DNA of 64,000 nucleotides from assembly GCA_028534125.1 (NCBI GenBank), contig CM052816.1, positions 53,136,001 to 53,200,000 on the forward strand. Reading direction: 5' to 3'. This stretch comes from Lama glama. Taxonomy: Eukaryota. Below the pieces are notes generated by a model. The model searched no databases. It saw nothing but the letters and a program-made list of their open reading frames with translations, and was not told the DNA's origin. Both the position numbers and the translations under genes were made by a program. Positions 62,920 through 64,000 of this stretch are shown piece after piece (position 1 is the stretch's first letter; each line of letters opens with the position of its first letter).

Positions 62920-63133
62920 AGCACAGGGTGTCAGTTAGGAGCACGGATTCTGGAATCAGACCATCTGAGTTTGTAATACAGCTCTTATTTCACTTCTCGT
63001 GCCTAGATTTTTCATCTGTAAAACAGGGACAATAATTTCCATTTTAGAGCTAGAGTAACAATGGGTGAGTATGTACAAGCCTTTTAAGGTAGTGCTCGTC
63101 ATTTAGTAAGCTCTTAGTAAATGTTAGCTATTA
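62920..63133 (+). mobile_element. MIR
   Basis: gttaggagcacggattctggaatcagac...ttttcatctgtaaaacagggacaata...gtaagctcttagtaaatgttagctatt. Confidence 0.8.
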
Positions 63134-64000
63134 ACCCGATGGGTTTTTAGTGCAGTTTCAGGGTCCAACTTTATGCAACTGAGAATATTTAGACGAGTTA
63201 TCATCTTGGATCCTTTTGCTTGGTCTTTCCTAACTTCAGAGGCTCAAGAAATCAGGATTCTTTTTGTAGCTCAATTCTGTCCCCACTCCTGCCCAAGCAG
63301 GCATCCCCTCAACTCTAAGTTATTGTCTAGGCAGGGATTCAAGCAGGAGGAGATAAGAATTGGAGCAAGAGAAGAAGGAGGAGGGGGAGCATTAAGGCCA
63401 GAAGAAGGGCTGAGTGTGTAGGTACGAGTTGTGCATAACTTGGCAACCACTTACATACTAATATGCGTGAAGCTTTTTTTCCTTATGCAAAGTCAGCACT
63501 GACGATGAGCTTGGACACCTGCAGGTGTTACTCTGCCAGGCAGGCAGCACCATCTCCTCTGCCACCACCTGTCTTTCTCCCACCTTCCTGCATTCCAGTA
63601 TCCTCCGTTTACCATCAACATTGGCCATCACCACTACCAACACGTCATAATGTCTGGTGAGGTGTTCAGATGCCACTGCAGAAAGTGCCTGTCTCTACTG
63701 AACCTCAGGAGAGGAGCTCCAGCAGTCAGGGCATTGCCAGAGCTGGACTTTCTCTCTTGAAAAAGGTGAATGAAATGAGATCATTTTCAGATTGAGATTT
63801 TATCAAAATACAATGTGTTTAAAAATTCCTCCCCCCTCCCAAAATACAGTGTTTTAAAGATCTTCACAAAACAAAAATTCTACAGGGTTTTTTTTTTTTA
63901 AGGTATACTCAAGTGCAAACATGTCATTATAGGCTAAAACTTTAAATTGTGACATACACCTTAGTTTAAAATATATACTCCCTGATTTAGAATGTATTGT

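Noticed and set aside
56000..64000. Possible 3' exons of BHMT, the upstream neighbour of JMY in human synteny
   Set aside because: No BHMT-like peptide is recognisable in any frame. The gene presumably lies beyond the window.
1..64000. CRISPR arrays, operons or prokaryotic defence systems
   Set aside because: The sequence is mammalian intron and intergenic DNA, with no regularly spaced repeat-spacer array and no gene-dense region.

Overview
Mammalian genomic DNA, very probably a camelid: the commonest young repeat is a tRNA-Ala(AGC)-derived SINE of the Vic-1 type. The window holds the 5' part of JMY (junction-mediating and regulatory protein, a p53 cofactor and WASP-family actin nucleation factor) on the minus strand. 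Its parts are a CpG-island promoter and 5'UTR (~34.0-35.8 kb), coding exon 1 (35021-33981), exon 2 (12878-12705) and exon 3 (1021-871), joined in frame through GT-AG introns. The gene continues past position 1. The remaining ~28 kb is upstream intergenic DNA made largely of transposable-element relics: a fossil ERV-L provirus (LTR16 type) with readable gag/pro/pol remnants, three TSD-flanked ERV1 solo LTRs, MaLR/MER21/LTR40-like LTRs, L1, L2, MIR and hAT/Tigger MITEs. I found no convincing new protein-coding gene or undescribed multi-gene system. The best leads are regulatory or concern retrotransposition mechanism. Regulatory leads: a strong-Kozak uORF plus a start-stop element in the JMY leader, paired FoxO/E-box modules, and motif-rich solo LTRs. 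Mechanistic leads: a poly(A)-only insertion, a 37-bp L1 insertion, an internally primed L1 and nested insertions. Repeat family names come from recognition of consensus motifs, not from a database search.
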